The position numbers were made by a program, and so were the translations under genes. The notes beneath the pieces were generated by a model, which was not told the origin of the DNA, searched no databases, and worked only from the letters and a program-made list of their open reading frames with translations. From Vitrella brassicaformis CCMP3155 (taxonomy: Eukaryota > Protista > Chromerida): 64,000 nucleotides of DNA. The stretch spans positions 124,001-188,000 of the forward strand of contig CDMY01000086.1 of the NCBI GenBank assembly GCA_001179505.1. The letters are read 5' to 3'. This document shows positions 50,050 to 62,426 of this stretch, piece after piece (within the stretch, counting starts at the first letter, position 1; each line of letters opens with the position of its first letter).

Positions 50050-52207
50050 AAGAGACACGGACACAACACGTACACACGTCATGAGTAGGTAAGCAGCACA
50101 AGGAAGGGATGAGTGAGAATACGGCAGGCAGGCAGGCATGTAGCCAGGCAACCAGGTTCCCACGTGATCGATTTATCGAAGACGGTCGACGCGCAGCTTC
50201 CGTCGGTCCGGCTCTCCAAAATCTCTGTCTCCATCCCATCCGCCCCCACAGAGAGACACATCTCACAGGGCGCCGGGATGCATTTGTCAATGTCCGGGAA
50301 GACAGATAGGAGCTGCATGCATCCCACACGCACGGCACGGAGGCGTTTGTTTCATTAGTTTTTTGTGATGCTTGCCGTGTCTTTCGCACTGTCTGCGGCG
50401 CAGGCCTCAGAGCAAAATGGAATGCAATGTCGTCAAGTGATATCGATGGCCCATAGTGATGTATGTCATCGCTTCTTGAGTCGCGCATGTATTCACGCAT
50501 GGAATGAAGGCAGTGGAGCAGCAGGTCTGCGTCATCATCCATCCATCCATCCGTCTAACTCACACGCACCGCACCTATCGATTCCCTCGTCGGCATACAT
50601 GCCGTTCAACTCAGTCAACCGGTCCTTCCCTCTAAGTGTCCATCCATCCGTCCATCCATCCATCCATCCGTCTACTTCTGTGCCAGCGCTGATCTCGTGA
50701 ATCGTCGGCTCTTGGCTGCCCGCCTGGCGGCAGCACTCGTCAGCTGCAGCGGGTCACCCTCCGCCCCCTGTGGCTCGTGGCGTGACACAATAGGCCCCCA
50801 CTCCATCTCAGCCTTCTTCCACTGGTCGATCCATCTGAATGCCACAGTACCACCCTTGGCCACGGTGGGCGGCACACTGGCGCTGGCTGCACGGAGCCGC
50901 AGGGGCAGGGGGGGAGGGGGCGGGGGGGCGTACAGCTGCTGCAGCGGAGGGGTCGGCGCACTACTACCCGCCCGCTGCTGGAAGGTCGTCTGCGCCGGGC
51001 CTGGGAAGGGCGGCTGCTCGCCTTGGGTGTCGTCGCGTTGGTTGTCACTATCCGTGACGATGGTGGTGATGGTGGGCTTGGCAGGAGGGGGTGGCTCGCC
51101 CCTGCCACGGCGGCGTGAAGGGTCCCCGAGAGCGCCGAAGAACTCGGGTGGGACGATGGTGCGGAGCCGCTTGGGAGGGGGCGGGGCGTTGCCATTGTTG
51201 GCTGTGAGGGCCGCACGGGGGTCGTGGTGAAGGCTGACGTGCTCCTGAATGGAGGCAGGCAGCAGTGAGTCGACACCAACATATAAGTGTGTTGCTCATT
51301 CCTTCGATCGATCATGTCGTTCGCCATTTGCTGGCTTACCACTCGTTTGTCGTGTATCTGTTTCTTGATGGCAGCGAAGAGGGGCGTGGTCATCTCGTCG
51401 GGCAGATCCATATCCGTTACCAGGGACGCCACATGCAGCTGGGGACACGCAGTCACCACAGAAGAGAAAACACACACAGGGGAGGAGGAGTGAACCGCGC
51501 CCAACCATCGCTGTGTGTGCGGTGTGGGTGTAGGATGGGCATCGTGTGCTCTCACCCGCACGGCGTTGTCATCGTTGCACAGGTTCCATCGGAATCGGTC
51601 CTCAACGCTCAAATTCTGAACAAACACACGGACGCACCGTTGCGACCGCCACATGCGTGCAATCATTCCAGCTCAGCTGAATGCCCATCCCCTCCCCCGC
51701 ACCGACCTTTTCGGGTAGCGGGACTTCGACCTCAATCTTGACGACCGGCCCATCGAGGGGGTAGCTTCCCGGCGGCAGCTCCTTGCGCCACACGGCGTCG
51801 ATGAGGGCCCAGAAGCGGTCATTCATTGCCCGTGCGTCGGTCACCCGCTGTGTGAAGGTCTGCTTGAGCCTCTGCCGCATGCCCTCGTGCAGCCCATGCT
51901 CGCGGCAGAAGCTCTCGATGAAGGGCGCCACCAGGTGGTCGGTGTCGCCACCAGCACCCCCCACATCCCACAGTATCGACTCCTCGATGATCTCCCCAGA
52001 CGGGCTCCGGGCAATGATCGGCAGCGGCACCAGACACGATGACGACCGCCGCTTCTTGTTGTTGCTGGTCTCACCGCCGCTGGCTGGCGTGGGTGGTTGG
52101 TGTTTGTCGGCGATGTCAAGCAGCTGATGCAGGGGAGGGCCGTGCGGCGGCGGTGACCGCAGCAACCCTGGGAGCAGAAGTGGTTGCATTCCACCGACTG
52201 GTTGCAT
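50050..52207 (-). CDS. SNF5/SMARCB1/SFH1-like chromatin-remodelling subunit (divergent)
   Basis: Two SNF5-like repeats, IEESILWD..FIESFCREHGL and VKIEVEV..SVEDRFRWNL..LVTDMDLPDEMTTPLFAAIKKQI, followed by AEMEWGPIVS. Start and 3' exons uncertain. Confidence 0.6.
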
Positions 52208-52842
52208 CACTGACTGACTGATGATCTCAAGAGAAGCGGAAGCAGCGGCAAGGGATGATGAGCTGACGTCGAGTAGTTCAGGTGAGGAGCCTCCACTTCC
52301 CTTTCGCTCGATAAATCAGCACACCAGGACACACGAGATCTTGACGCCTGGAGATCTCGCCCGTCGGGAGAAACAGGCGTTCCGTTCGGCGCCTTCCACA
52401 CCATAAGACACTTTCCCGCCCTAAGCTTCCGAGTTGGTCGCCGATGGGAAGCACACACACAGACAGCGCGGCGCTGCTGCTTCCTGTGCTCTGACTAAGG
52501 GTGAAGGCTCTCAAGCGAGTTTCGGCCGAGTACAACGCAACAAGTCGACTCCCACCAACGCTTCACGGTGGGCAGGAATGCATCGCACGAAGGACCACAT
52601 CACGTCCACGTGCAGGTGGTTGTATCATGCCAGGGTGCAACGTTTCAATGGATCCTTCCCTGCATTTCAGTGCCCGAGTGTCATATATCGGAATGGGTGA
52701 GTGATTAATTCGTCGCCAGCTGCTCGGCTCATTCTGCAGCGGTAAGTAAGTGCTCAGCGAAGGAAGGTACATCCGGGCATTCTATATGCACGCATCTCTT
52801 TCGCTGGTCTGCAGGCGTTGGCGACGCGAGTTTAGCTCTGCA

Positions 52843-53132
52843 ATGCAATCCAACCCACCGTCTGCCAGCTCGTCGGTGCCACCCCCTCGCCCTCCCCCTC
52901 CCCCTCCCCCTCCCCTAGCGCTCCCCAACAACCCCCGCCCTGCGACGCGGCCCTTAGCGCTCCACCGGTCGGTGTATGTGTGGGAGGATGAGTGCGACGA
53001 GATGGTGCAGCCGGCATCGCACACACAGCCAGTGCCGCCACAGCTACAGTACAGACCGCCCCGACCTCACCGCTCTGCAGAGGCCCACGGGGAACGACGC
53101 GATCTAGATGAACTCATGAGAAGGTGCGCCTA

Positions 53133-53173
<41 letters not shown>

Positions 53174-56100
53174 CACACACACACACACACACACGTACAT
53201 CCAAGGCAACACAACACATGGATGGATGGATGATGGATGCCTTCCGTGTTTTGTTGTTCCTTTGGCAGTTTGGACGAGCTGGACGGCGGCCAGCCTTTCG
53301 GTGCGCCTGCAGCCCCCCTGCCGTTCATGAGTGAGCAGATGATGACGGTGAAGTTGGAGGCCTCAGCTGGCGTGACCAGCCCCCCCTACTCCCAATGGCT
53401 GCTCCCGCGAATCGACGAGGAGCCGCCACACCTGCCGCCACACCTGCCATTCCACCCACATCAGCACGCGGCTGCAAACGGCGGAGCGCAGCTTGAACCC
53501 CCACATGAGCAGCCTGCCGCTGCAGCCGCTGCTGGGAGTGACATGGTGGTGGATGGGCCACTGGAGGGCCAGAAGCAGCACCCGGCCGCATCTCGCGACA
53601 CTCTCATCCTCAAGTCGGCTGGCTGTTTCGAAGTCAAGAGGTCGGTGACTGCACAGCCACAGCCGTCCAGCGCAGACGACGGGTCGCGCAGTGCAGCGGA
53701 TAAGGCGGGTCCGGGTGATGGGGGAGATAGCGGGGCAGTGGGGGAGGTGGCGAGGTTTGTGGATGCGGCCGGCCGTTCGGTGGACCCAGGCATCGAGGAC
53801 GTGTACGTGCCTCTGGTGCCCATGACCTCCCCAGCAGACGACAGCCATGCCAACACCGACCGTGGGGAGCGGCGTGAGGCGAGCGGGCACTACCTGTTCT
53901 GCAAGGAGTATCAGCAGGGGTGTGAGGGCTGCCCGGGATGCTACCTAGCACCCGGAGTGGGCGTAGGCGTGGGTGTGGATGTGGGAGCCGCCCACCCCCC
54001 CTACTGTCCATACCCATCAGTCAATAGCGAGAAGTCCCTCCCGTTGCTCAACCCACTGGTGGCACATCGGCTGTGGGCAGGGCCGGGGGGCGAGGGCGAC
54101 GTCAGCTCATCCGACGAAGGCCGCAAGGACTCAGACATGCCGCCCCCCAGCCTCCTGCACGTGTGCCGCAACTTCCAGCAGCCCCCTCCACTCGCACACC
54201 CACATGGGCATGCCCCCCGGAAGCACAAGGCCCGTTCCAAGAGCGGCAAGCCGAAGGTCAAGCGCGAGATGGAGCTGGAGGACCCCGTAGAGATCAGTGG
54301 CGATCTGATCGAGGCCAAGGCGCGTCATGCAGCAGAAATGGCCCGGCGGCTGCAGGCGAGAGAGCACGACGAGAGTGCCCTTCTGATGGGTGCTGTCAAG
54401 GAGGAGGCAGTAGAGGGGGCGATGGGTGATAAGGGCAGGGCTGGGCAGCGCACACGGCGCAAGAGTAAGAGGGCAGTGGCCGAGGGGGACGAGTGGGCGG
54501 TGGAGGGAGGAGGACCAAACGCCATACAGCAGGTCAGCGATCACCCACAGGCAAACGAAAGGAAACACAGCCAGATGGATGCACATGTGTGTATGTGTGT
54601 TTGTGTGTGTTTGTCGCCTGTTCAGATGTATCATTCCCTGGGTCTGCACCGCAGCGAGACCACCGACACCTCTGCAGACCCTCTAGCCGACCACCATCAG
54701 CAGCAGGTGATAGCCTACGGCCGTCCCCCCCAGCCCCATGACCCCGCCGGCTGGCTGGCCGAGGGGGGCTGGGACGGCGGACCAGGGCTGGCCTACGGCC
54801 GAAACCGTTGGGGACTGGGAAAGGCCAGCAACAGTCTGTGTGGCGTGGGTGGGGGGGGCAAGGATCCCTTCCGCACGGACAGTGAGGGTGCATTGGTGCA
54901 GAAGAAGCCGAAGAAGCCGCGGGCCAAGATGAGCAGGGACGCATCGGGCATGAGATTCCAACTCGGTGGGTGATTGTTGCAAGGGGAAAGAAAGGCTCCT
55001 GCTGGAGGGTCGTGGGTAGGGGGGGTGCGATGGGTGTCTGGTGTCTGGTGTGTTGTGTTGGCACCAGGTGAGGCTGGTAGGAACGAGCTCAAGAGGAGGA
55101 TTAGCCAGAAACTCAAGGAGGAACCCCACTGGAAGGCTATCATGTGAGCTGAGCGTATTACATGGCCGCACTGCAGCCATGACACACAGACAAAAGGACA
55201 ATACTCATCCCGCTCTGTCTATGCCCGTGCGTGTGTGCGTGTTCAGTCCGACGGGTCAGATCAAGTTGGCGACCATCACCAAACTGCTAGAAATGGCTGA
55301 GGTGGGGAGGGATGGACCACACACAAAGAAAACCACACTCAGACAGACAGACAGACAGATGCTTTGCGTTGCGGTGCATGGCTGCATTCATTCTTCATGC
55401 ATATATCTACTCATCCACTCATCCCCCCCTGCATACTGATCAGACGTTGGGTTTGACTGGTGAGGTGCATCGCATCTACTCGCGGCGCTGCAGGGAGACA
55501 CAAGGACCCCCGCAGCCACCCAAGCCGCGCAGGCAAGGACTCCAACCACACGCACCGCCCAGACAGACGCACGGCCCTCACCGGCCACTTCTGTCTGATG
55601 GATGACACACGCACATTTGCTCTGCAGGTCCAGTAGGGACCGTGTGAAGTCCCCGTTGCTGCCGAGCAGCCAGGCGGCCCTGCATCCCCTGCACCCCCTG
55701 GTGTCGCTCCTCCAGTGTGACGACAACATATCCGATGACACCTCACAGCCGTCCATCGCCACCACCCTCCCCAAGCGACGCAAATTCGACATTACCGAGT
55801 GCATGGCCGCTGACATGGGCGATGAGATGGACGAACTGCAGCAGCCCATGGGTGGGGGGAAGGAGACGGCCGGGGCGGCACACAGCCAATTCCACTCCGC
55901 CAGCAAGGTGAGACTCATCAACGGGGGGGGAGGCGCTGATTGATTGATGGACTGACTGATGCACTGTTTGGTGTAGGATGAGGAGGATCCATATGGTGCG
56001 TACTACGCTGCCGGTGCCGCTGCAGCGGCTGCCGCATGTGGGGTGGCGCCGCCCCCCATGCCCCAGCCCATCCACCCCGACCCACGGCCGCTGATCTTCA

Positions 56101-56357
56101 TCCCTCGGCGCAAGGACGTGGGCGGCACCAACATAGACCATGATGCCAAGGAGGGGACGGACAGCCACCAGCCACAGACAGCAGCGGCACCAGCAGCAGC
56201 AGCAGCGGCAGCTGATGGTGGTGGTGGTGGCGATGGGGGCGGCATGTGTGATGGGGATGGTGAGGGGATGGAGACGGCAGACGACCATGACAGCCACGGT
56301 GTGCCTGCAGAGCCGGCGGGGCCGCCCCCTGGGCTCTCGCAGGAGGGGAAGCAGTAG
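52843..56357 (+). CDS. Large low-complexity putative nuclear protein of unknown function
   Basis: Long ORF 53237..54973 plus spliced exons. Basic NLS-like KKPKKPRAK and PKRRK. Last exon ends GLSQEGKQ* at 56357. Upstream exons from ~52500 are possible. Confidence 0.7.
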
Positions 56358-56952
56358 GCGGGCCGACAAGCGTCTCTCATGTACAGACAGACAGACAGGT
56401 GCGGAGGGCGGATGGCACTGGGTGGGACGGTGTGGGTCACTGAGAGACCTCTTGTGTGTGTCCCTTTCTTTGTGCAGGTGTGTGTGGGAGGGGCAGACCA
56501 ATCGTCTCTCTTGTCTCTGGGTGGAATGAATGAATGGCTGCTGCATGGTGGATGAATGGATGGATGAATGAATGAATGAATGAATGGATGGGTGGGTGGA
56601 TGGATGGATGGATCAAGAAGGAGAGGAGTGCCGGTCTGTCTGGCTGTCTGGCTGGCTGTCTGTCCATACATGTGTGTGTGTGGATGTGTGTCTGTGTGGT
56701 GGCTGTTTGACATAGCGAGAGGTAGACAAGACTCACTCAGGCCACGCACCACAATGAATCCATTAGCAGCAAAAACGGAAAACACCAAACTGAGGGAATG
56801 TTTCTTGGCATGCTGTCGTGGCGATGCAAAACTTGCAGAGATGCCTTCGGGGCATGCAGCGTGTGTCGCTGGTTTGCTCCTTAGTTAAGCCTCGCTACTC
56901 AAGCAACGCAATAAGTTTGCTTGTCGAAAAGCCTTCGGCGACTCACGCCAGC

Positions 56953-57095
56953 AGGGTTCAGGGTTTGAAGGGTTTGAAACCCTGAGCCCCAGAGCCTGAA
57001 ACCTGAAACCCTAACCCCGCCACAAACCCTGAACCCTGAAACCCTAACCCCGCCACAAACCCTGAACCGTGAAACCCTAACCCCGCCACAAACCC
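56953..57095. repeat. Interstitial telomere-like repeat block: G-rich GGGTT(C/T) units, then C-rich AAACCCT(A/G)A units in a ~33-bp higher-order repeat x3
   Basis: agggttcagggtttgaagggtttg|aaaccctga..., then gaaaccctaaccccgccacaaaccctgaacc(c/g)t repeated. Confidence 0.8.
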
Positions 57096-57172
57096 ATTCG
57101 CTTTCACAGAAGCATGAGCGACCAGCACGTCTGATCTGAGTCGAGGTGGCTGATCCCTGATCGCTTTTTCAT

Positions 57173-59428
57173 ATGGCATCTTCGGCTGCTGCGGCGCTGA
57201 GCGTGCTGTCATGCATCAGTGCATTCCTGCTGAGTGGTTTGGTCTTCGGCTGGCAGCCCATCCAGCTGCTGCTCATGCGAGAGGTCCATCAATCGCACGC
57301 GGGCCTGCAGGCAGATCGATGGCTCTGATCGATGACAGTGTGTTTCTGTGTGTGTGCTGTGTGTCGGTGGGGTGCGTGCAGGGCGTGTACGAAGACCTGT
57401 GCGACGAAGGCGTCATGGGCTGTCCAGCGCAGCTCAGAAAGTAAGAGCAGCGACGCAATCATCACTCAGACACCAAGGCCCTGCCGAGTGTTTTCGTTTC
57501 CTTTCAGGCTGTCGGAGATCTTCACTCTGGCTTCCTTTCTTGTCAGCCTGATTGCCTTGCCGGCGGGTCTGTTTCTGGATCGGTTTGGTCCCAGGCCCAC
57601 GGTGGCCCTCAGCGGTGTCCTCATCATCGGGGGGCTGGTCCTCTTCGGTATCAGCGACTCGCAGCTGGACATGTTTTCCCTTGGCTATGCGCTGATGGGC
57701 GTCGGTGGCGTGCTGACCCAGTTCGCGGCCTTTCCTGTCAGTTTCCTTATCCCCGCCTATCAGTCACTCATTCTCGCAGGTGAGATATAGGCTGACGGAG
57801 GCGCAGTGCAGTGCACTCAGCACAGACACATGCAATGCAGCGGAGGAATGGTGTGCTCCTTTCCTGGCTGATCCCAGGAATCAACTGTTGCTTCGATGCG
57901 TCGTGCCTGGTGAGAGATCTACTGACTATAGGATCCGTGGGCACACACACATTGCAAGCAGCCGCATCCGCTCTCTCCCTGTCGTATGCATGGATGCAGG
58001 TGTTCCAGGTCTTCTTGAGCCTGCACGAGTGGACGGGCCTTCCCCGGAGAGTCATGTTCTTGAGCTACAGCGTCATCGCCTTCGCCATCCTCGCCCCGAT
58101 TATCGTGCTCTGGACGCTGGTCGACCGCGCCAAATCCAGCAGCACCAGCGGCGGCAAGCTCAAAGTGGAAGACGAGCTCAACGGCTATGTGGCGTTGGGC
58201 GACACTGAAGCGGTACTGCTGGCCTACGATGTGCAGCATGAGATGCAGCAGCTGCACTCGGCCAAGGATGAGGAAGACCTCTCCGGCATGACGCTATACC
58301 AACAGTGAGCAAAGCAGGGATGGTAGTGAGATAGCGATGCGGTAGATGTCTTGTGTTGTCGATTCAGGTTTTGCAGCAGCGCGTTTTGGACGATTCTCGT
58401 TTACACGTGTCTGGGCATGCTGCGGACATCCCTCTACATCGCCTGTGTGGGCATAGTGCTCAACACATACGGCGATGCGGCGGGGGGCTACGTGTACATC
58501 AATCTCTTCGGCGTGCTGCTGCCCCTGGGCGTCTTCCTCGCTCCCGTCATCGGCTGGACTGTCGACTCCATCGGCTGTCTCAACACTCTTCAGCTGACTA
58601 ATGCGCTGAGCGTTCTCAACTATGGCCTCAGTCTCGTCCCCTCGCTGCAAGTGCAAGCCGCCAACTTCATCGTCTTCACCACTTACAGGGCTTTCTTGTA
58701 CGCCATGACGGCCACATTCAACGCGAAGGTGAGCGCCTGGGTGGCTGAGTGGCTGAGTGGCTGACGGACTGACCCTGGCTGCCTTTTTTGTTGTGATGTG
58801 CAGACGTTTGGTTTGGCGACGATGGGGCGTGTGATGGGTGTGTGCAACTGTGTGTCGGCCTTCACGATCCTTATCCAGCCCTACTTCATCTCAATGATCT
58901 TCAGCACCTTCAATGGACAGATCTTCGTCCCCTTCATGACCATCGTCATGGCAGGGGTCGCACTCGCCCTCGTCAACGAGGCATACAGATGGCATGTGCG
59001 CAGGTCAGCCACTCAGCCAGCAAGCCACTCACAAACAATTCATGGACATCCGACGTTGACACGTCTGTCTCTCCATTCCTTCGTTCAGTAAGCGACGCGG
59101 TCTGCGGGCGGCATCGCCGGGCGACAATCCTGTGTCGCTGGTGGCGCCGAGCCACATGGGAGTCGACGAGAGTGCCCTGCACCCACCACACGATGAGATG
59201 CTCGGATACCTTGGCAGATTCACGTGCAAGCGCACATCGAGCGGCTTCGACGAAGTGCCGTGGCACGACGGCGCCATGTCGATTGAGAGGCGGCTGAGCG
59301 TCACCTCCCCGATGGCACACTCGGTGAGGGCGAGGGGGCGGGGCAGCGAAGACTACACGTCTGACGTGGCTGTGAGGAGCGATGGGGAGACGGCAATGAG
59401 CACTGCTGCCAACACTGTGGTGATGTAG
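57173..59428 (+). CDS. MFS amino-acid transporter, SLC43/LAT3-FMP42-ApiAT-like
   Basis: SGLVFGWQPIQLLLMRE|GVYEDLC..C; GLFLDRFGPR (MFS motif A); GINCCFDAS; about 12 TM segments; FGLATMGRVMG; cytosolic C-terminal tail. Confidence 0.88.
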
Positions 59429-60152
59429 ACGGCCAGGCAGGCAGGCAGGCGTGTGTATTGGCGTATGTCTTGATCGTGTGGGCGTTGAGTGTGGGTGGGC
59501 GGTTGGGTGTGAGGTGATTTTTGCACACACATGTGGATGTGTGGATGGATGGATGGATACGACGCACAGGAGGTACTTTTTACTTCGCTGTGTCCGGCGT
59601 TATGTATCATTCATGCAGTTTATTCAGTCAGTGTGTGTGGTAGTGTCGGTGTTTCTTTCTTCGTGGCTGTGGCTGTGGCTGGAGGATGGCCATCCATCTG
59701 TCGTGTAGGTGTGCTAAGGACAGCACTCGTTTGTTGATTGACTCTTTATGGGCAATCAATGTACGTACATGGTGTGCAGGGGTGGGTGGCCATTGTGTGG
59801 GGCAGCGCGGCGATGAGTGAGCCACTCATTCGGTCAGTGGCTGATGGATAAACATGGATTCATTGTCATGGGTGTCCTCAGTGAGTCTCTGGCCTTGCGA
59901 AGAGTGAACGATACGTTCCGGCCATCGCACGCAAACACTAGACAAAGAGTTGCACCTACCTACCCTTCCATCCATTGACACACCATTCCATTCCATTCGA
60001 TCACGAATGCATCGGCGCATCCATCCATCTGCAGATGGATGGGTGCACAGAGGGTCTGTATACAACAGAGAGAGAAAGAGTTCCCTTCCTTCTCTTGTCC
60101 CATCACAGAAGCTACAGCGGCAGCGTCTACTCAAGAGCTCATGCAGCCCCCT

Positions 60153-60929
60153 TCACGCACCCTCATCATTTCTACATTCAGCCGCATCCACCCGTTTGTC
60201 TTGCCTCTCTCCCTTGGTGTTGTTTTCTCTCCAGCTACTGCTTTGCTCTACGCTACTCCCGCGGTGGCGGGTTACTTCTGTACAGAACGAGCCGATGTAC
60301 GACGAACATAGCGGTCTAACGCTGGCGGGATGCGAGGCTGATCTTTCTCTTCTCTCCATCCTGCTCGAACTGGAGCTCGAAGAGGTCTGGGCTGTTGTAC
60401 TGCTTCCAGAGGTCTTCAACCACTGTCTGTCGGACAGGCACTTGGGGGGGCCTTAGCGTCCTCCTTGATGTGTTGATGGCGGACACGAGCTCATTCCTGC
60501 AGGCCAGGGCCTCCCAAAAGACCCGCAGAATCGCGCCGATGCTGGCGCCATCTCGCGTACCGATCGTGAACGTTTAAGGTGCACACACCAGAGTCAAGAC
60601 ACATTGCGTCATGGCACGCTGTTGCTGTGGATATCGTGCCGTCCTCGTCATCTCACCATCTGTACTGGCTTCGCACCCCGCTTCTTCTCCCGGCCCCTCT
60701 GTGTTGCAGCACTCACCACAAATGCCGGCCCTATCCTCTTGCGTTTGGTGACCGAAACACCGAGTCGGCTGGTCCCTACTCTTGACGCAATGTCCTTCAG
60801 GATACCCTGCGCGATTCTGTGTACCTCATCTGGCGGATGGCGCTCGGTTGTCGTGTCGTCCGCTCGCAGCTCGACAGTCACATGAAGCGGTATTACCGGA
60901 AAGTGCGAGTGAGGCGGCTCATAGGCCAT
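60153..60929 (-). CDS. Hypothetical protein
   Basis: Two open blocks, MAYEPPHSHFPVIPLHVTVEL..PVQM and TFTIGTRDGASIGAILRVFWEALAC..DEGA*. The splice join was not resolved and there is no recognisable domain. Confidence 0.35.
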
Positions 60930-60943
60930 TTTGTTGGTTAATA

Positions 60944-60991
60944 AGACTCGTGTCTGTAGCCCATTTCGAGACTCGTGTCTGTAGCCCATTT
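60944..60991. repeat. 23-bp direct repeat x2 (agactcgtgtctgtagcccattt)
   Basis: Seen directly, 25-bp period, just upstream of the hypothetical ORF start. Confidence 0.9.
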
Positions 60992-61124
60992 TGTATCCAA
61001 GCTGGCTCCATCTTCTGCCAATCTTCTTCCTCCAGTGCCAGGTGCCGTCCATACCTCAGTCATATGTCAATGAATGAAACGCATAAAGGCAGGCAGGCAG
61101 GCAGGCTAGGCGTCCCTCACGCAC

Positions 61125-62282
61125 TCACTGCTGCTTACAGCTGTCGGGATCCCCCGTGTGGTCCCTCGGCTGCCTTGCTGCCGCACCCTCACCCCCACTG
61201 TGCACGTACCCGCCGCCCTCCGCCCCTTCATGTGCCTCACTGGCGGCATCCTCGTTGACACCCAGCGCCTCTATGAGGCTCTGCACCTCGCTGTCGTGCA
61301 CGTCGCCCTGCGCCAGCTTGCTCAGCACCGACGGCGTCAGCCGGCTGCTCTCCAAAGCTGAGCCGTCAAACCCAAAGAACCGTAGGAACTCCGCAAACCC
61401 CCGGGCATCTTCCTCTGTGAAGTTTGAAGGCTGGCTGCTGTGTGTGGATGGCCTGTGCGCCGCTGTAGGGTGCGGCTGGTGTGGGTGCGGGTGAGAGAGG
61501 TGGTCGAGAGCACCTGGCCCGCCGAGGTCTCGCATCACCTCCTCAGGTGGCTTGCCGAACTCCTGCAGCTGCACCAGCAGCTCCTGGATCCTCAGAGTCG
61601 TGGGCGAGGGGTCGGTCGATGAAGCTCCCGTGGTGCTGGTGGCCTTGCTCTCCTGTTCCTCCTGGTCGAAGAGGGCCACCACCTGCCGATAGATGGACAC
61701 CTGCCGCTCGTAACGCCCCAGGTCCTCCTCAGATATCACTTGGTCGTCCGACCCGCCCTCGTCCCTCTTTTGCCTCTGGGCATCCAGCCATGGCTCGAAT
61801 CGCGACAAGACCTGCCGCATGGGCTCATGCAGCACATCACGCGAGAATACGCCCTCCAGCAGCTCGTCCAATGCCTTCTCGAAATCGCCATCATTCAGCA
61901 GCCCGCCCCCCGACAGTGGCACGTCTGCTGCCGACTCTGGCCTCCTCTCCTCCTTGTCGAGCTGCTCCAGCTCCGCCTTCATGTGACCGAGCGCCGACTC
62001 GATGTTGGCAGCGATGCCGCTGCTGGCGGTATTACCGCTGCTGGGTGGGGGATCAGCACGCGGTGGCCGGTAGGGTGAGGAGGGGGCTGGCGACGTGCGG
62101 GCTGCTGACTCGTTGACGCGTGGCGGTGGTGTGGCAGCTGCGGGAGGGGGGGAAGAGGGGGAAGGTGGCTGCTTGGGAGGTGCGCTTGACGCCGATGCGG
62201 CTGAAGGTGGTGCATCTTGCTGCGGCCTTGGCTGTGCTGCGTCCGAGAGTTCCTCGAGGGTCTCCTTCAGAAGGTCATCCAT
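61125..62282 (-). CDS. PEX19: Peroxisomal biogenesis factor 19 (single exon)
   Basis: N-terminal MDDLLKETLEEL (Pex3-binding-like helix). Core FEKALDELLEGVFSRDVLHEPM..F.PWL..EEDLGRYERQ..IQELLVQLQEFGKPPEEVM. C-terminal CaaX CKQQ*. Confidence 0.92.
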   Translation of the reverse strand: MDDLLKETLEELSDAAQPRPQQDAPPSAASASSAPPKQPPSPSSPPPAAATPPPRVNESAARTSPAPSSPYRPPRADPPPSSGNTASSGIAANIESALGHMKAELEQLDKEERRPESAADVPLSGGGLLNDGDFEKALDELLEGVFSRDVLHEPMRQVLSRFEPWLDAQRQKRDEGGSDDQVISEEDLGRYERQVSIYRQVVALFDQEEQESKATSTTGASSTDPSPTTLRIQELLVQLQEFGKPPEEVMRDLGGPGALDHLSHPHPHQPHPTAAHRPSTHSSQPSNFTEEDARGFAEFLRFFGFDGSALESSRLTPSVLSKLAQGDVHDSEVQSLIEALGVNEDAASEAHEGAEGGGYVHSGGEGAAARQPRDHTGDPDSCKQQ

Positions 62283-62426
62283 GACGATGCAGACGACACC
62301 GTAGCGCAGCAATGATCAAAACCTTCCGCTCGTGCCTTCGTGGAAGGCGAGCCAAGGAGAGGCTGCGAGCTCAAATTGCAGATCTGCCGGATCTACGCAG
62401 GCCATGCGAGGGCCTGGCGAGGGGAG

